64,000 nucleotides of DNA from Ranitomeya imitator (lineage: Eukaryota), in the NCBI RefSeq assembly GCF_032444005.1, contig NC_091287.1:221340001-221404000 (forward strand), read 5' to 3'. Both the position numbers and the translations under genes were made by a program. Shown piece by piece: positions 34,796-46,607 of the stretch. Under the pieces are notes generated by a model, which saw only the letters and a program-made list of their open reading frames with translations, was not told the origin of the DNA and ran no database searches. Position 1 is the stretch's first letter, and each line of letters begins with the position of its first letter.

Positions 34796-35773
34796 CCAGG
34801 GTGGTCCTAATCTCCCCAATGTCCTCCTTAAATATCCCTCAATAAAAGACCATTGGTGGTGCATGTGGCCGGTCAAACAAGCGTCGCGTGTCGCAACACG
34901 CTCAGCGTCAAAATGGTGATGCAGTTCACGGAGAGATCCCCGATGACCTCAGTGAACAACATACATCACAAGAAGCTGCTGGAAGCGATGCCGCAGCTGG
35001 AGCCTGCACCGAAGACATGCGCACTGGTGAGAATAACATACCACTGCGCTAAAAGTGATCTTCCTACATCGGCGCCATGTTATGTGTGGGCAACATTGCC
35101 ATATCACATCATAATCAAATGCCCTCCACTAACCAAGACTCAGAATATATGTGCAGCATAAAGGAAATATATTATTTAAAGTGCAAGCGCATAAAGAATT
35201 CCTAATGAATAATGAGCCATAAATCAAAATAGACATCGTATGAAAATAAAGATTACATGAATAAACATGTATTCTAATAAAGTGCAAAGCATTAAAAATA
35301 TCACATGAATAATCATTGAAGAGTACAATGATCACATATATAAAATTAAAAAAAGGAATAAGTGAAATAACCTTATTTAAAAAATATAATAAACAATAAA
35401 TAAACATAAATAAAAATTACCATTCCATAAATCCTATATCAATTGTTAAATACTAAATAATAAGAAGTGAATATATAATTAATATAAATACATTATTAAA
35501 AACAATAAATCTTTTGATTAAGAGTATATGCTGCAACAAATGGGACTCATGCCAGGGCGATGGAAACATGAAGGTGTGCCAAATAGATAGTGCTCCCAGT
35601 CTGATGTGGTTAGATTCTTTTCCGAGGGAGTTTTTAAAGGAAGAATATTTATAGCAGGGTTCCTTAATGTTCCACATATTATAATGCTAGACAAAGAGAG
35701 ACAATAAATTAAAAACAAGAATAAAAAATTTAAATAAGAAAAGTGATCATTAATCCAGGAATGACATCAGTAC

Positions 35774-38700
35774 TTAGAGAAAAAATGAAAAACTCAGCTG
35801 CTCATTAAGTCCATTAAGTCTCATTAAGTCATTAGGTACCATGGTAGACAATGTTACAATCCAATTACATTCTTTTTGTGTAAGAACACATATACTGTCT
35901 CCACCATGATTCCCCATGTGTACCCAGTCAATACCCCGAATTTTAAGATCCCCAGAATTGCATTTATGTTTTAACCTGAAATGTCTGGGGATTGGTTTCA
36001 AGGATTCCACGTCGTCTACTTCACGGTCGGCCTCAATGTCCCTAATATGTTCTCGGGTTCTAATACGTAGTTCTCGAAATGTTAAACCAATATAGATTAG
36101 GTTACAACTGCACATAGCATAATATACCACGTGTGCGGTAGTGCATATAATATACTCCCTAATCTCAAGTGTTTTGAGGCCGTCCGATGACATGAAAGAC
36201 ATGGATCTTGTATGATTCCTACAGGCCAAGCAAATTTCCACATGGATAAAAACCTTTTTTCCTCCTCTTGCTGCTATAAAGGAACTGGGGTTTTGAGACA
36301 TAATGACTGTAGATCAATATATCTTTTAAATCTCTATCTCTCCGTGCTGTCATCAGTGGGGCAGGAGAGAGGTGTTTGCACAGATGGGGATCAGTCATCA
36401 GAATTGGCCAATGTTTTTTTAAGAATAGTTCACATCATATTCCATTGCTGATTATATGTGCAGATAAAACGTGTCCCAACATTATTGTCCTCAATTTTCT
36501 TTTTTGTGGGGCCAGGAGATCAGATCTCTTTGTATGTTTTGCTCTCAAGTAGCCTTTTTTAATACTTCTGTTGCTGTAACCCCGATCTTTAAAACTCTGC
36601 CCAAGGTCCTTGGCCTGTCCCTCAAACAATGCATGTGAGGTACATGCCCAAAGGAATTGGCCTATGGGAATGCCATTGATTGTGGAGCCCAAATGCGCTG
36701 AGGACGCATGCAGAAGTGAATTAACAGATTTTTTTTACGATACGTGTCAGTCTGTACGACCGCCATCCTACACCCTGAGCTCCACATCAAGGAAAGAGAC
36801 TACCTTATGATCATAAGTATAAGTGAGTCTGATGTTGGACCCGTTGCGATTTTGACCAGACATAAAAGTATCAAGATCAGTTGCAGAGCCCTGCCAAATA
36901 AACAAAATATTGTCTATAAAAGGAAACCATCCAAGGATCTGGAGAGCAGCATGTGTGCCGTCCATCAGCAAACCCCTCTCCCAAAAACTGAGAAAGAGGT
37001 TAGCATGGGAGGGTGCACATGCTGCTCCCATTGCTGTACCACGCTTCTGTAAGAAAAATCAATACCTGAATGTAAAAAAATTGTGCGTGAGAATGAATCG
37101 TAACAGGTGCAGCACCAGCTCCTGAATGTCTGCAACCAAATTACTGGCTTCCATATATAATTGTGAAGCCTCCAAGCCATCCTTATGATGAATACTCGTA
37201 TAGAGAGATTCAACATTTGCTGCAACTAAATATGTATCAGAATTAAGGGACAGGCCATCCAGATGCCGCAGGACGTCCGTAGTGTCGCTGACATAGGAGG
37301 GCAACATCTCCACCTGAGGGTGCAAATAGTGTTCAATGAATTTACAAATTGGATCACATAGCCCTCTAAAGCCAGAGACAGTCGGACATCCCGGAGGACA
37401 AAGGGAGTCTTTATGGACCTTTAGCAGAAGATAAAAGGTTGGGATAACGGGGTACTTAACAATCAACCCATCCAAAAACTTATGTCTCCAAAATAGACAT
37501 AAGTTCACTTTTAAATGATGTCAGAGGGTTATGTGTCATTTGGGTACATGTTTCTCTCTTAGCTGCCTAAAGGCCTGCCTTTCGTACTACTCCACCAGCC
37601 AAATGACCACATTCCCCCCTTATCAGCTGGCTTGATAACCACATCATCAAGTTTTTTTTAAACTTCTAGTGTCTTGTGCAGCGCCCCAGGGTCCTGGTTG
37701 TTGCAGTAATTTAATTCTCCTCTAGGGGGGAGTGTTGTTACCTTTGAAGGCAATAAAGGAGATCACTTTACCAGGTATCACAAACCATGCAACACATTTC
37801 ACACTCCAGTCCACTAGGGGGAGCTATGCTCCTATTTATTAGGGCACTCTTCACAATTAGGTAAAACTGGTGGTCTGGATAGGAAGTTAGTCAGAAACTG
37901 GCTGAGCTTCACTCAGTCCAGTCCCTGTCAGGCAGACAGAGGGAAAGGAGGAACATCTAGCAGTTGCCGACAGGATGGTCCCTGACAGGGGTGGGATCCT
38001 GTCAGAGGCCTAGACAGAGGGACATGGAGCTGCACCTGCCTACCGATGAGGCAGCATCCTAAGAAAGAGACACGAACAGCGAATTGTATTGTAGAGGGTG
38101 AGAAACGAAGTCATAGCAAAAGGAGAGGAAACCAGAAGGAGTTCTGTCCTATACAGGCTGCCTCCTTCTGAGGTGCAGGATCCGGTAGCTGGAACACCGA
38201 GGGAGCAATCGTCTCCATGCCTTGCTCCAGAGACCGGCAGGACAGCTAATTGAACATTACTGATTTGCACCTATACCCAGGAGGCACGGTGGCAACTTGT
38301 GGGGGCCGGAGCGTGCTAGAGTCCCTGTAAAAAGCCCCAGGCCACCAGTCAAACGGGTTTGTTCCTATCCATCTGGGGGACAGAGAGAAACATAACATCT
38401 ACAACAGTTGTGAGGACCTTACTGAGAAGCTCAGCAGGAAAGGACTACAACACTCAGGCGCTAGAGGAAGGCTACTGATTTCCACCTGGATAAGGGGACT
38501 CTGGATTTGCCTTCACACCGGCAGGACTCTACCTGCCCTGTGATCTGATGCTCTGGACTGTGGATGCTGAAGCCTTCAGTAAAAAGGTAAAGAGACTGCA
38601 ACCTTGTGTCCTCGTTCTTCACTGCGCCTCACACCATCCACCATCTACACTCTGGGAAGCCCTGGGGACACACTTCACCTGTGGGAAGGTATACCATTTA

Positions 38701-40072
38701 GCTGCCATAACATCACCCCAGTGGACCCCTAAGCAGCGTCTGTCACCCTGACCGAATACCACAGGTGGGGTCACGAACATTTCCCCTTTAAAGACCTTTC
38801 CCCCTTTTATTAACGGACCTCCCGAGGGCCACGGACCGGGTCAGCCACCGTGACATCCCCCTTGAGAACCGAAGGACCCGGTACCGAGTACCCCTAGCCC
38901 TTGGGGGCGTTCCAGTGAGGAAGTGAGATTATCTCTATCTCTCCTGTTTCTTATAGCTTTAAAGTCTTCCGCTACCAATCTAGTAAAGATATCTACTTGT
39001 GGGCATATTGATAGGGGGGAAAAAGTGGTAGATTTGGAAAAAAATGGTGGTGGAGAAGTACCTTTAAAATCCGGATTGGATTCCTGTGCTAGCTCCTCCA
39101 ATGCCTCAGTTGCTTCTTGTTCTGTAACTCCACCACAGTTCTGTTCACAACTGGATTTGGAATGAAGTTTGTGCAGAACCAGTTTCCAGGCAATTAAATG
39201 GAGGTCCTTCAGTGACAAAAATAAATAAAAGTTGATAGATAGAGAAAATGTCAGTCCCAAACATAGTACTTCCCTCTGAGCATCAGATACAGAATGGGTG
39301 GACAAATTAATCACCTCTAAATTGTTGGTTTTGGCCTTTTTATCAACAGGTGATGAGGTGGGTATTTTGCGTTTCTGATTTTTCTTTCTTCCCCATTTAG
39401 GTTTATTGACTCTTAGATGATCCCTTCTTCCCCCCAGTGTTTTGTAACTGTCAGGACCATGATTGCCTTCCTCTACAGATGACATTGAAGAAACGGATGT
39501 GGGGCGTGCCTGGGAGAATGATCTTTGGCCCATTTTATTTCTCTTCCATTTGTAGACCTGATCATTTTGAAGATCTAATTGATCCCGTTGATAATTTTTC
39601 ATTTTTCCTTCCATAAAATCTTTTTCCATTTAAGTTGTTCCATGTCAATATCATTCTTAAGTTTTCCCACTTTCTCAGGGGTAAGTTGTTTATTAATATT
39701 CTCTTCAATGGCTTTAAGTTCACTATCAATTTTGCCTAGCGACATCTCATCAGACTTAATTAAAAGTTCCAAAAATATTTAGGAACACTGTGAGGCTGCC
39801 CCTTCCCCTGCTTTGATGAAATCATCGTTATTGATAGGAAAGGATGGAAAGACTTGGACTCTCAGTCCACGTGGGATCAAGCCACATGCCACATACTTCT
39901 CTAAAAATGCCTTGTTCCACCAGAGGCGGGTGCGTTTATTTAGCAGCTCTTTATATCTCCTAATTAGGTCAACGTCATCTCTAGACTCCTGATCACAAGG
40001 GGCACAAAAACCCTCATCAAACACTCTGTTCAATTTAACACACCACACTTTTTCATGTTCGCGAAAATCCAT
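35774..40072 (-). pseudogene. PLE polyprotein (RT + GIY-YIG) with many lesions
   Basis: RTRLWWNKAFLEKY..GLIPRGLRVQ, LEVINLS, IKPADKG, ANVESLYTSI, AMGAACAPS, VVYYAMC..IYIG..R.REH. Confidence 0.92.
37677..38914. mobile_element. Solo-LTR-like insertion (1.24 kb) in the PLE ORF
   Basis: Termini tgcagcgcccc / ggggcgttcca; the PLE reading frame resumes on both sides; no clean TSD found. Confidence 0.7.
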
Positions 40073-40674
40073 CTGACCTGAGATGGAAGCTGTGAAAACA
40101 CAGAAAGTAGTAAAAAACAATCTCAAATACAGATACCATAGTCTATAGCAAAGTCCTGGGATTGTCAACTAGGACTAATAGACTAATATGGGTATGTACC
40201 CTCTGGAGCTCCCAAACAACATATAACTTCCCAAAAATGGAGCATAAAAACCACTAAACAATTCAAAATATTAAAAAAAAGTATACAGCTTTAATAAGAT
40301 AATACATCAAAAAAGACAATCAACATAACACATATCAAAAAAGAGCTATTTGAATTCTGTCCAAGGCACACCAGTAAAACAATGGCGTTACATTACATGT
40401 ATCTGACCTGGAGAAAGGTAATTCTTCTATTCTAGCACATATGCTAATTACCCCTAGCAAAAAAATGTTTTGCATATAAAGAAACTGCAGAATTTTGTAT
40501 AACATACAGGGGAATGACACATCCCTACTGCTATATAGATAGATTGTAATCAAATTTCATCAGGATTTGTCTGGTCAGTGACCACTCATGAGCAAAAAAT
40601 CCATGTAGCAAAGGGGCTATTGCTAACATCTAGTAATCCTCACCCATGTCAATACCCATGAGTGCGAGCACATG

Positions 40675-40710
40675 CCCCTATGCGCATTTCACTTCTGATT
40701 CCTCGGGGGG
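40675..40710 (-). ncRNA. Decayed hammerhead ribozyme (5' pLTR copy)
   Basis: Minus strand reads cccc-c-ccgagga-a-uc(agaa)gu-gaaa-ugcgca-ua-gggg; single core change (U4C), stem II eroded. Confidence 0.62.
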
Positions 40711-41782
40711 CCAGGGTGGTACTAATGTCCCCAATGTCCTCCTTAAATATCCCTCAATAAAACACCATTGGTGGGGCATGTAGCCAGTCAGACGAGCGCC
40801 GCGTGTCGCAACACGCCCAGCATCAAAATGGCGATGCGGTTCACGGGGAGATCCCTGAAGACATCAGTGAACCGCATACATCACAATAAGATGCCGGAAG
40901 CGATACCGCAGCTGGAGCTGCCGGCATTACTGTGATTAGCAAGCCAGTCCAGCATATTCATTGGCTTCAAATAAAGCGCCAAACATGCTCAGCAGGTCAC
41001 TCGAATATACCGAGGTGAATACCTAATCAGGGCTGTGGAGTCGGAGTTGTGGATTCGGAGCCTGAGCCCATTTTGGTGGAGTCAGAGTCAGTATAAAATG
41101 GACCGACTCTGACTCCTAAAATATATAATAAATTAGGTACAGTAGTTCAATGCTGTATGTGGGGAATATTTTTTTCATAAGAATTTGGGAAAATTATGAA
41201 ATGTCCTATTCCTGATCTAAGGTCTAGACTTTTAGCTGAGATGAAGCTGTGCTGCAGTTTATGTTCATGATAAGTAGTGAGGCTCCTCCTCTACAGATAA
41301 GGGGAAAAAATAACAAACACACATGGAAGGAAAGCCTACATTCATCTCAGAACTTCTGGAGTGAACAGGAAAGCAGGATTGAAGAAGGTAAGTACTTCCT
41401 AAAGTATATCTAAACTTATAATAAATTGTGCATAAATCAATAGTCCAGTATATGTTGTCTCTGCATGCTTGATGTTTTAGTTTGTTTTTCCTCTTAGCTC
41501 ATGCTAGGAGAAATTAGCTGCCCTGATGACTTATTTACATGATGCATAGAATATAATGGGAAAAACTGTTTTCTAACATCTCAAATTCAGAAATACAGTA
41601 ACAGGATCGATTAGAACATATATATTTGTGTGTGTGTGTTCTGCAATATGATTCAGCACAAACATGCTCCCTCCCTCCTCCCCTCTTCATAGACCGTGAA
41701 GAAATATGATGTGAAGCATTTTGTGAGCTGTACACTGAGACAAGCCTGACATTGAAAGTTCAGCATAAAGCTATCTAACATA

Positions 41783-43425
41783 CCGTATATACTCGAGTAT
41801 AAGCCAACCCAAGTATAAGCCGACCCCCTAATTTTGCCACAAAAAACTGGGAAAACGTATTGACTCGAGTACAAGCCTAGGGTAGGAAATGCAGCAGCTA
41901 CCAGTGAATTTTCCCAAAAAAAATAGATGCTCCATACCATTCATTATTGCCCCATAGATGCTCCATATAAAGCTGTGCCACATATAATGCTCTGCACCGT
42001 TCATTATGGCCCCATAGATGCTCCATATAAAGCTGTGCCATATATAATGCTCTATACCATTCATTATTGCCCCATAGATGTGCCATAGAAAGCTGTGCCA
42101 TATAGTGCTCTGCACTGTTCATTATTGCCCCATAGATGTGCCATATAAAGCTGTGCCATATAGTGGTCTGCACCGTTCATTATTGCCCCATAGATGTGCC
42201 ATAGGAAGCTGTGCCATATAGTGCTCTGCACCGTTCATTATTGCCCCATAGATGTGCCATAGAAAGCTGTGCCATATAGTGCTCTGCACCGTTCATTATT
42301 GCCCCCATAGATGTGCCATATAAAGCTGTGCCATATAGTGTTCTGCACTGTTCATTATTGCCCCATAGGTGTGCCATATAAAGCTGTGCCATATAGTGCT
42401 CTGCACTGTTCATTATTGCCCCATAGATGTGCCATAGAAAGCTGTGCCATATAGTGCTCTGCACCGTTCATTATTGTCCCATAGATGTGCCATATAAAGC
42501 TGTGCCATATAGTGCTCTGCACCGTTCATTATTGCCCCATAGATGTGACATATAAAGCTGTGCCATATAGTGCTCTGCACCGTTCATTATTGCCCCATAG
42601 ATGTGCCATAGAAAGCTGTGCCATATAGTGCTCTGCACCTTCATTATTGCCCCATAGATGTGCCATATAAAGCTGTGCCATATAGAATGCTCTGCACCGT
42701 TCATTATTGCCCCATAGATGTGCCATAGAAAGCTGTGCCATATAGTGCTCTGCCATATAGAATGCTCTGCACTGTTGATTATTGCCCCATAGATGTGCCA
42801 TAGAAAACTGTGCCATATATAATGCTGCTGCTGCAATAAAAAAAAAAAAACCCGACATACTCACCTCTCTTGCTTGCAGCTCCTCAGCGTCCCGTCTCGG
42901 CGTCTCTCCGCACTGACTGTTCAGGCAGAGGGCGGCGCGCACACTAGTACGTCATCGCGCCCTCTGACCTGAACAGTCACTGCAAGAGGACGCGAAGACA
43001 GAACGGCGCCCGGCGTGTGGAACGTGGACAGGTAACTATGACATACTTACCTGCTCCCGGCGTCCCTGGCTCCTTCTCCCTGACAGCTGGTCTTTGAGTG
43101 CCACAGCCTCTTCCTCTGTCAGCGGTCACTGGCACCGCTCATTAGAGAAATGAATATTCGGCTCCACCCCTATGGGAGTGGAGTCCATATTCATAACTTT
43201 AATGAGCGGTCCCAGGTGACCGCTGAACAGGGGAAGAGCTGCAGCACCCGAAGACCGTGGGACTGCAGGGACAGCGCCAGGAGCCCCGGAAGCAGGTAAG
43301 TATGCCTCAGACCTCTCTCACCCGCCGACCCCACCGCCGACCGTGACTCGAGTATAAGCCGAAAGGGGCACTTTCAGCCCAAAAATTTGGGCTCAAAATC
43401 TCGGCTTATACTCGAGTATATACGG
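41783..43425. mobile_element. Tc2/pogo-type non-autonomous element
   Basis: TA|ccgtatatactcgagtataagcc ... ggcttatactcgagtatatacgg|TA. Confidence 0.9.
41925..42825. repeat. 58-bp minisatellite, ~15 copies
   Basis: Unit ctgtgccatatagtgctctgcaccgttcattattgccccatagatgtgccatagaaag. Confidence 0.95.
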
Positions 43426-43913
43426 TATTTTACAAACTTTATGCTTATCATCTGTCCTATTGATTTATGCAAAGATTGCTTTGCTTTATTTATATCCTAA
43501 ATTATACAGGGCATGATTCCCTATTTTTGCAAGAATTACAATATACCTTATATTTTTACAGGACAAAAATATTTTGAGAGCGAATTTACATAATTACAAA
43601 ATGTCTACGAAGCATCTTATGAAGTCAGCTGTATTTGAGCATTTTACAGTGACTCAAGATAAAAAACATTTTGTGTGTCAGTGTATAATTGACCCAGATG
43701 AAAACAAATGCTGTGATGCCAAAATCAGTGAATACTCAGGCAGTGATAAAAAATGCTCCTTTAAGAGATTTCAATCTAAGAAGACATTTACAACACTGCC
43801 ACCCATAAATTTACAAAGCTGTGATTGAAAAAGATCACAGCAGCACCAAGAAACTAGAGACCAGCACTAACAGCTTACTAAAGGAAAAGAAGCTTTGATT
43901 GAGGTAGCAGTTA

Positions 43914-44253
43914 GGCTACGTTCACACTAGCGTTGTGCGCCGCTGCGTCGGCGACGCAACGCACAACGCATGCAAAAACGCAGCAAAACGCACGCAAAAA
44001 CGCTGCGTTTTGCGACGCATGCGTAGTTTTTTGCCGAAAATCGGACGCAAGAAAAATGCAACTTGTTGCGTTTTCTTGGTCCGACGCTTGCGGCAAAAAA
44101 GACGCATGCGTCGCAAAACGCAACTAACAAAAACGCATGCGTCCCCCATGTTAAGTATAGGGGCGCATGACGCGTGCGTCGCCGCTGCGTCGCCCGACGC
44201 TAACCCGACGCACACCCGACGCACACTAGCATAACGCTAGTGTGAACGTTACC
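43914..44253. mobile_element. Palindromic PIF/Harbinger-type MITE
   Basis: tta|ggctacgttcacactagcgtt ... aacgctagtgtgaacgttacc|taa; long internal inverted symmetry. Confidence 0.85.
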
Positions 44254-45030
44254 TAACGATGAGCTACTGGACGGCCAAGAGTAAGAGAACTTGGGTCCTG
44301 CCAGTGCTGCCGCCGTTCCTTCATCCGCATCAGATGAGGAGTTTGATTTCGACAAGTATTTGAATGACATGGAGCAGGCCAAGCATTGCTGCAGTGAAAA
44401 AGATTCCACTCCCATAGAAAAGAAAGTGACCGTATTTCAGCAATATTTTTCACTTGCTCTCAAAGAAGTAGAAGAGTTCAATCGTTCATCAAAACTGACT
44501 GTGCAGAAGGCAATTCCTTTATACCATGAAATTGTTAGAGATGTTGCCCATGTGGTTACTGCTTTGCCTCCAACCCAATTTTTAGCGTAGAGAGGTTGTT
44601 CTCTAGCCTTAAAATTATTAGGTCAGATGTGAGATAATCTATGAAAGAGGATCTGAAAGAGGCAATACTATTTCTCAGAACACATTCATAGACTGCACAA
44701 ATTCTATTCAGTATGTTTTTGTTGAAAAACTTTTTTTTAACACTTACTGCAGAGTGTATAATAACTTGTAAATATGAGAAAGTTTTTTGTTCTAAAGTTG
44801 TATTCCCATAAATATATTTTATGTTCTATCTAAATGGCTTGATTATTGTATCATAATAATGATGATTAAAAGCCTGATGTTACCATTTTCCCACAGTAAA
44901 TTTGTCACTTAAACTTAAACATAAGCCATGTGTGAGGGAGTCGGAGTCGTGAAGTCGGAGTAATGGAAATTGAGGAGTCAGAGTTTGAGTCAGAGATTTA
45001 GCCTACCGACTCCACAGCCCTGTACCTAAT

Positions 45031-45111
45031 TACACGACGAGTAACGAATAGCATGAATACTGTACTATTTGTGTGAGTAACGAATAGTGCCGAATGTATT
45101 CGCTCATCACT
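45031..45111 (-). mobile_element. Terminal remnant of another hAT-type element
   Basis: Ends cgctcatcacta (TAGTGATGAGCG on the minus strand), similar to the terminus at 60827. Confidence 0.55.
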
Positions 45112-45157
45112 AACCATAATCCCTAAAAACAGAATGCAGAACATCATTATATCACCA

Positions 45158-45309
45158 TCACAGAAGGACTGACCTATCTAATTTATCATTGAATACTGTA
45201 GCACTCTGAACTCCGATGCATATGATCCACCTGGCCTCCCTCCTTAAAAGCAGTTTGTGGAGATCTCTTCTATGTGCTGGTGATTTGACTTTCTCAAGTT
45301 CCACTAAGC
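45158..45309 (-). pseudogene. 3' end of a fourth PLE ORF
   Basis: RRDLHKLLLRREARWI.....FNDKLDRSVLL*, matching the C-termini of the other PLEs. Confidence 0.75.
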
Positions 45310-45313
45310 TTAA

Positions 45314-46418
45314 TCCCTTCATGACCTTGGGATTTTTTGTTTTTCCGTGTTCGTTTTTCACTCCTCTCCTTCCCAGAGCCATAACTTTTTTATTTTTCCG
45401 TCAATTTGGCCATGTGAGGGCTTATTTTTTGTGGGACGAGTTGTACATTTGAATGACATCGTTGGTTTTAGCATGTCGTGTACTAGAAATCGGGAAAAAA
45501 ATTCCAAGTGCGGTGAAATTGCAAAAAAAGTGCAATCCCACACTTGTTTTTTGTTTGGCTTTTTTGCTAGGTTCACTAAATGCTGAAACTGATCTGACAT
45601 TATTATTCTCCAGGTCATTACGAGTTCATAGACACCTAACATGACTAGGTTATTTTTTACCTAAGTGGTGAAATAAAATTCCAAACTTTGCTAAAAAAAA
45701 AAAAAAAAAAAAAAAAATTGCGCCATTTTCCGATACTCGTAGCGTCTCCATTTTTCGTGATCTGGAGTCGGTTGAGGGCTTATTTTTTGCGTACCGAGAT
45801 GAAGTTTTTAATGATAGCATTTTGGTGCAGATAAGTTCTTTTGATCGCCCGTTATTGCATTTTAATGCAATGTCGCGGCGACCAAAAAAACGTAATTCTG
45901 GCGTTTCGAATTTTCAGGTTAATGCTTTTTTTTTAGTTGATAGATCGGGCGATTCTGAGCGTGGCGATACCAAATATGCGTAGATTTGATATTTTTTTTA
46001 TTGATTTATTTTGATTGGGGCGAAAGGGGGGTGATTTAAACTTTTATATTTTTTTTATTTTTTTCACATTTTTTTAACTTTTTTTTTTACTTTTGCCATG
46101 CTTCAATAGCCTCCATGGGAGGCTAGAAGCAGGCACAGCACAATCGCCTCTGCTACATAGCAGCGATCTGCTGTTCGCTGCTATGTAGCTGAAAATCAGG
46201 TGTGCTGTGAGTGCCGACCACAGGGTGGCGCTCACAGCTGCCAGCGATCAGTAACCATAGAGGTCTTAAGGACCTCTATGGTTACAATTCTGAAGCATCG
46301 CCAACCCCCGATCATGTGACGGGGTCGGCGATGACGTCATTTCCGGCCGCCCGGCCGGAAGCGGTAGTTAAATGCCACTGTCTGCATTTGACAGCGGCAT
46401 TTAACTAGTTAATAGGCG
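45314..46418. mobile_element. piggyBac-like non-autonomous element, reverse orientation, truncated
   Basis: TTAA (45310-13)|tcccttcatgacc; reverse complement of ~13245-14339. Confidence 0.85.
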
Positions 46419-46607
46419 GTCACATGGTACCGATCATTAAGGTCATGAATATGCGCATATTCATGACCTTATTGAGCAGTATCACATGACCGCTCACTCA
46501 GGAAGAAGGCGCTGCGGCAGGACAGAGCGTCAGAGAGATGTCGGCGGCTGCGGCGCGTGCGGTGTGTGGGACAGGCAGCTGACAGGTGAGTATGAGGGAC
46601 AGGGGAC

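Larger units (their letters stand above)
34195..40918 (-). mobile_element. Second Penelope-like element with ~800-bp pLTRs on both sides
   Basis: Direct repeats at 34203-35003 and 40117-40918. MDFRE start at 40072, RT pieces at 36700-37660, GIY-YIG at 35774-36301. Interrupted by a solo LTR. Confidence 0.92.
41028..45022 (+). mobile_element. Internally deleted hAT transposon
   Basis: 17-bp TIR cagggctgtggagtcgg/ccgactccacagccctg; perfect 8-bp TSD TACCTAAT. BED-like exon from 43601 and hATC tail LPPTQ...RLFSSLKIIRSD at ~44560-44690. Confidence 0.93.

Noticed and set aside
41828-42942. Repetitive ORFs and a CRISPR-like appearance of the 58-bp, 30-bp and 260-bp arrays
   Set aside because: Units are head-to-tail with no unique spacers, there are no cas genes, and the context is a eukaryotic transposon.
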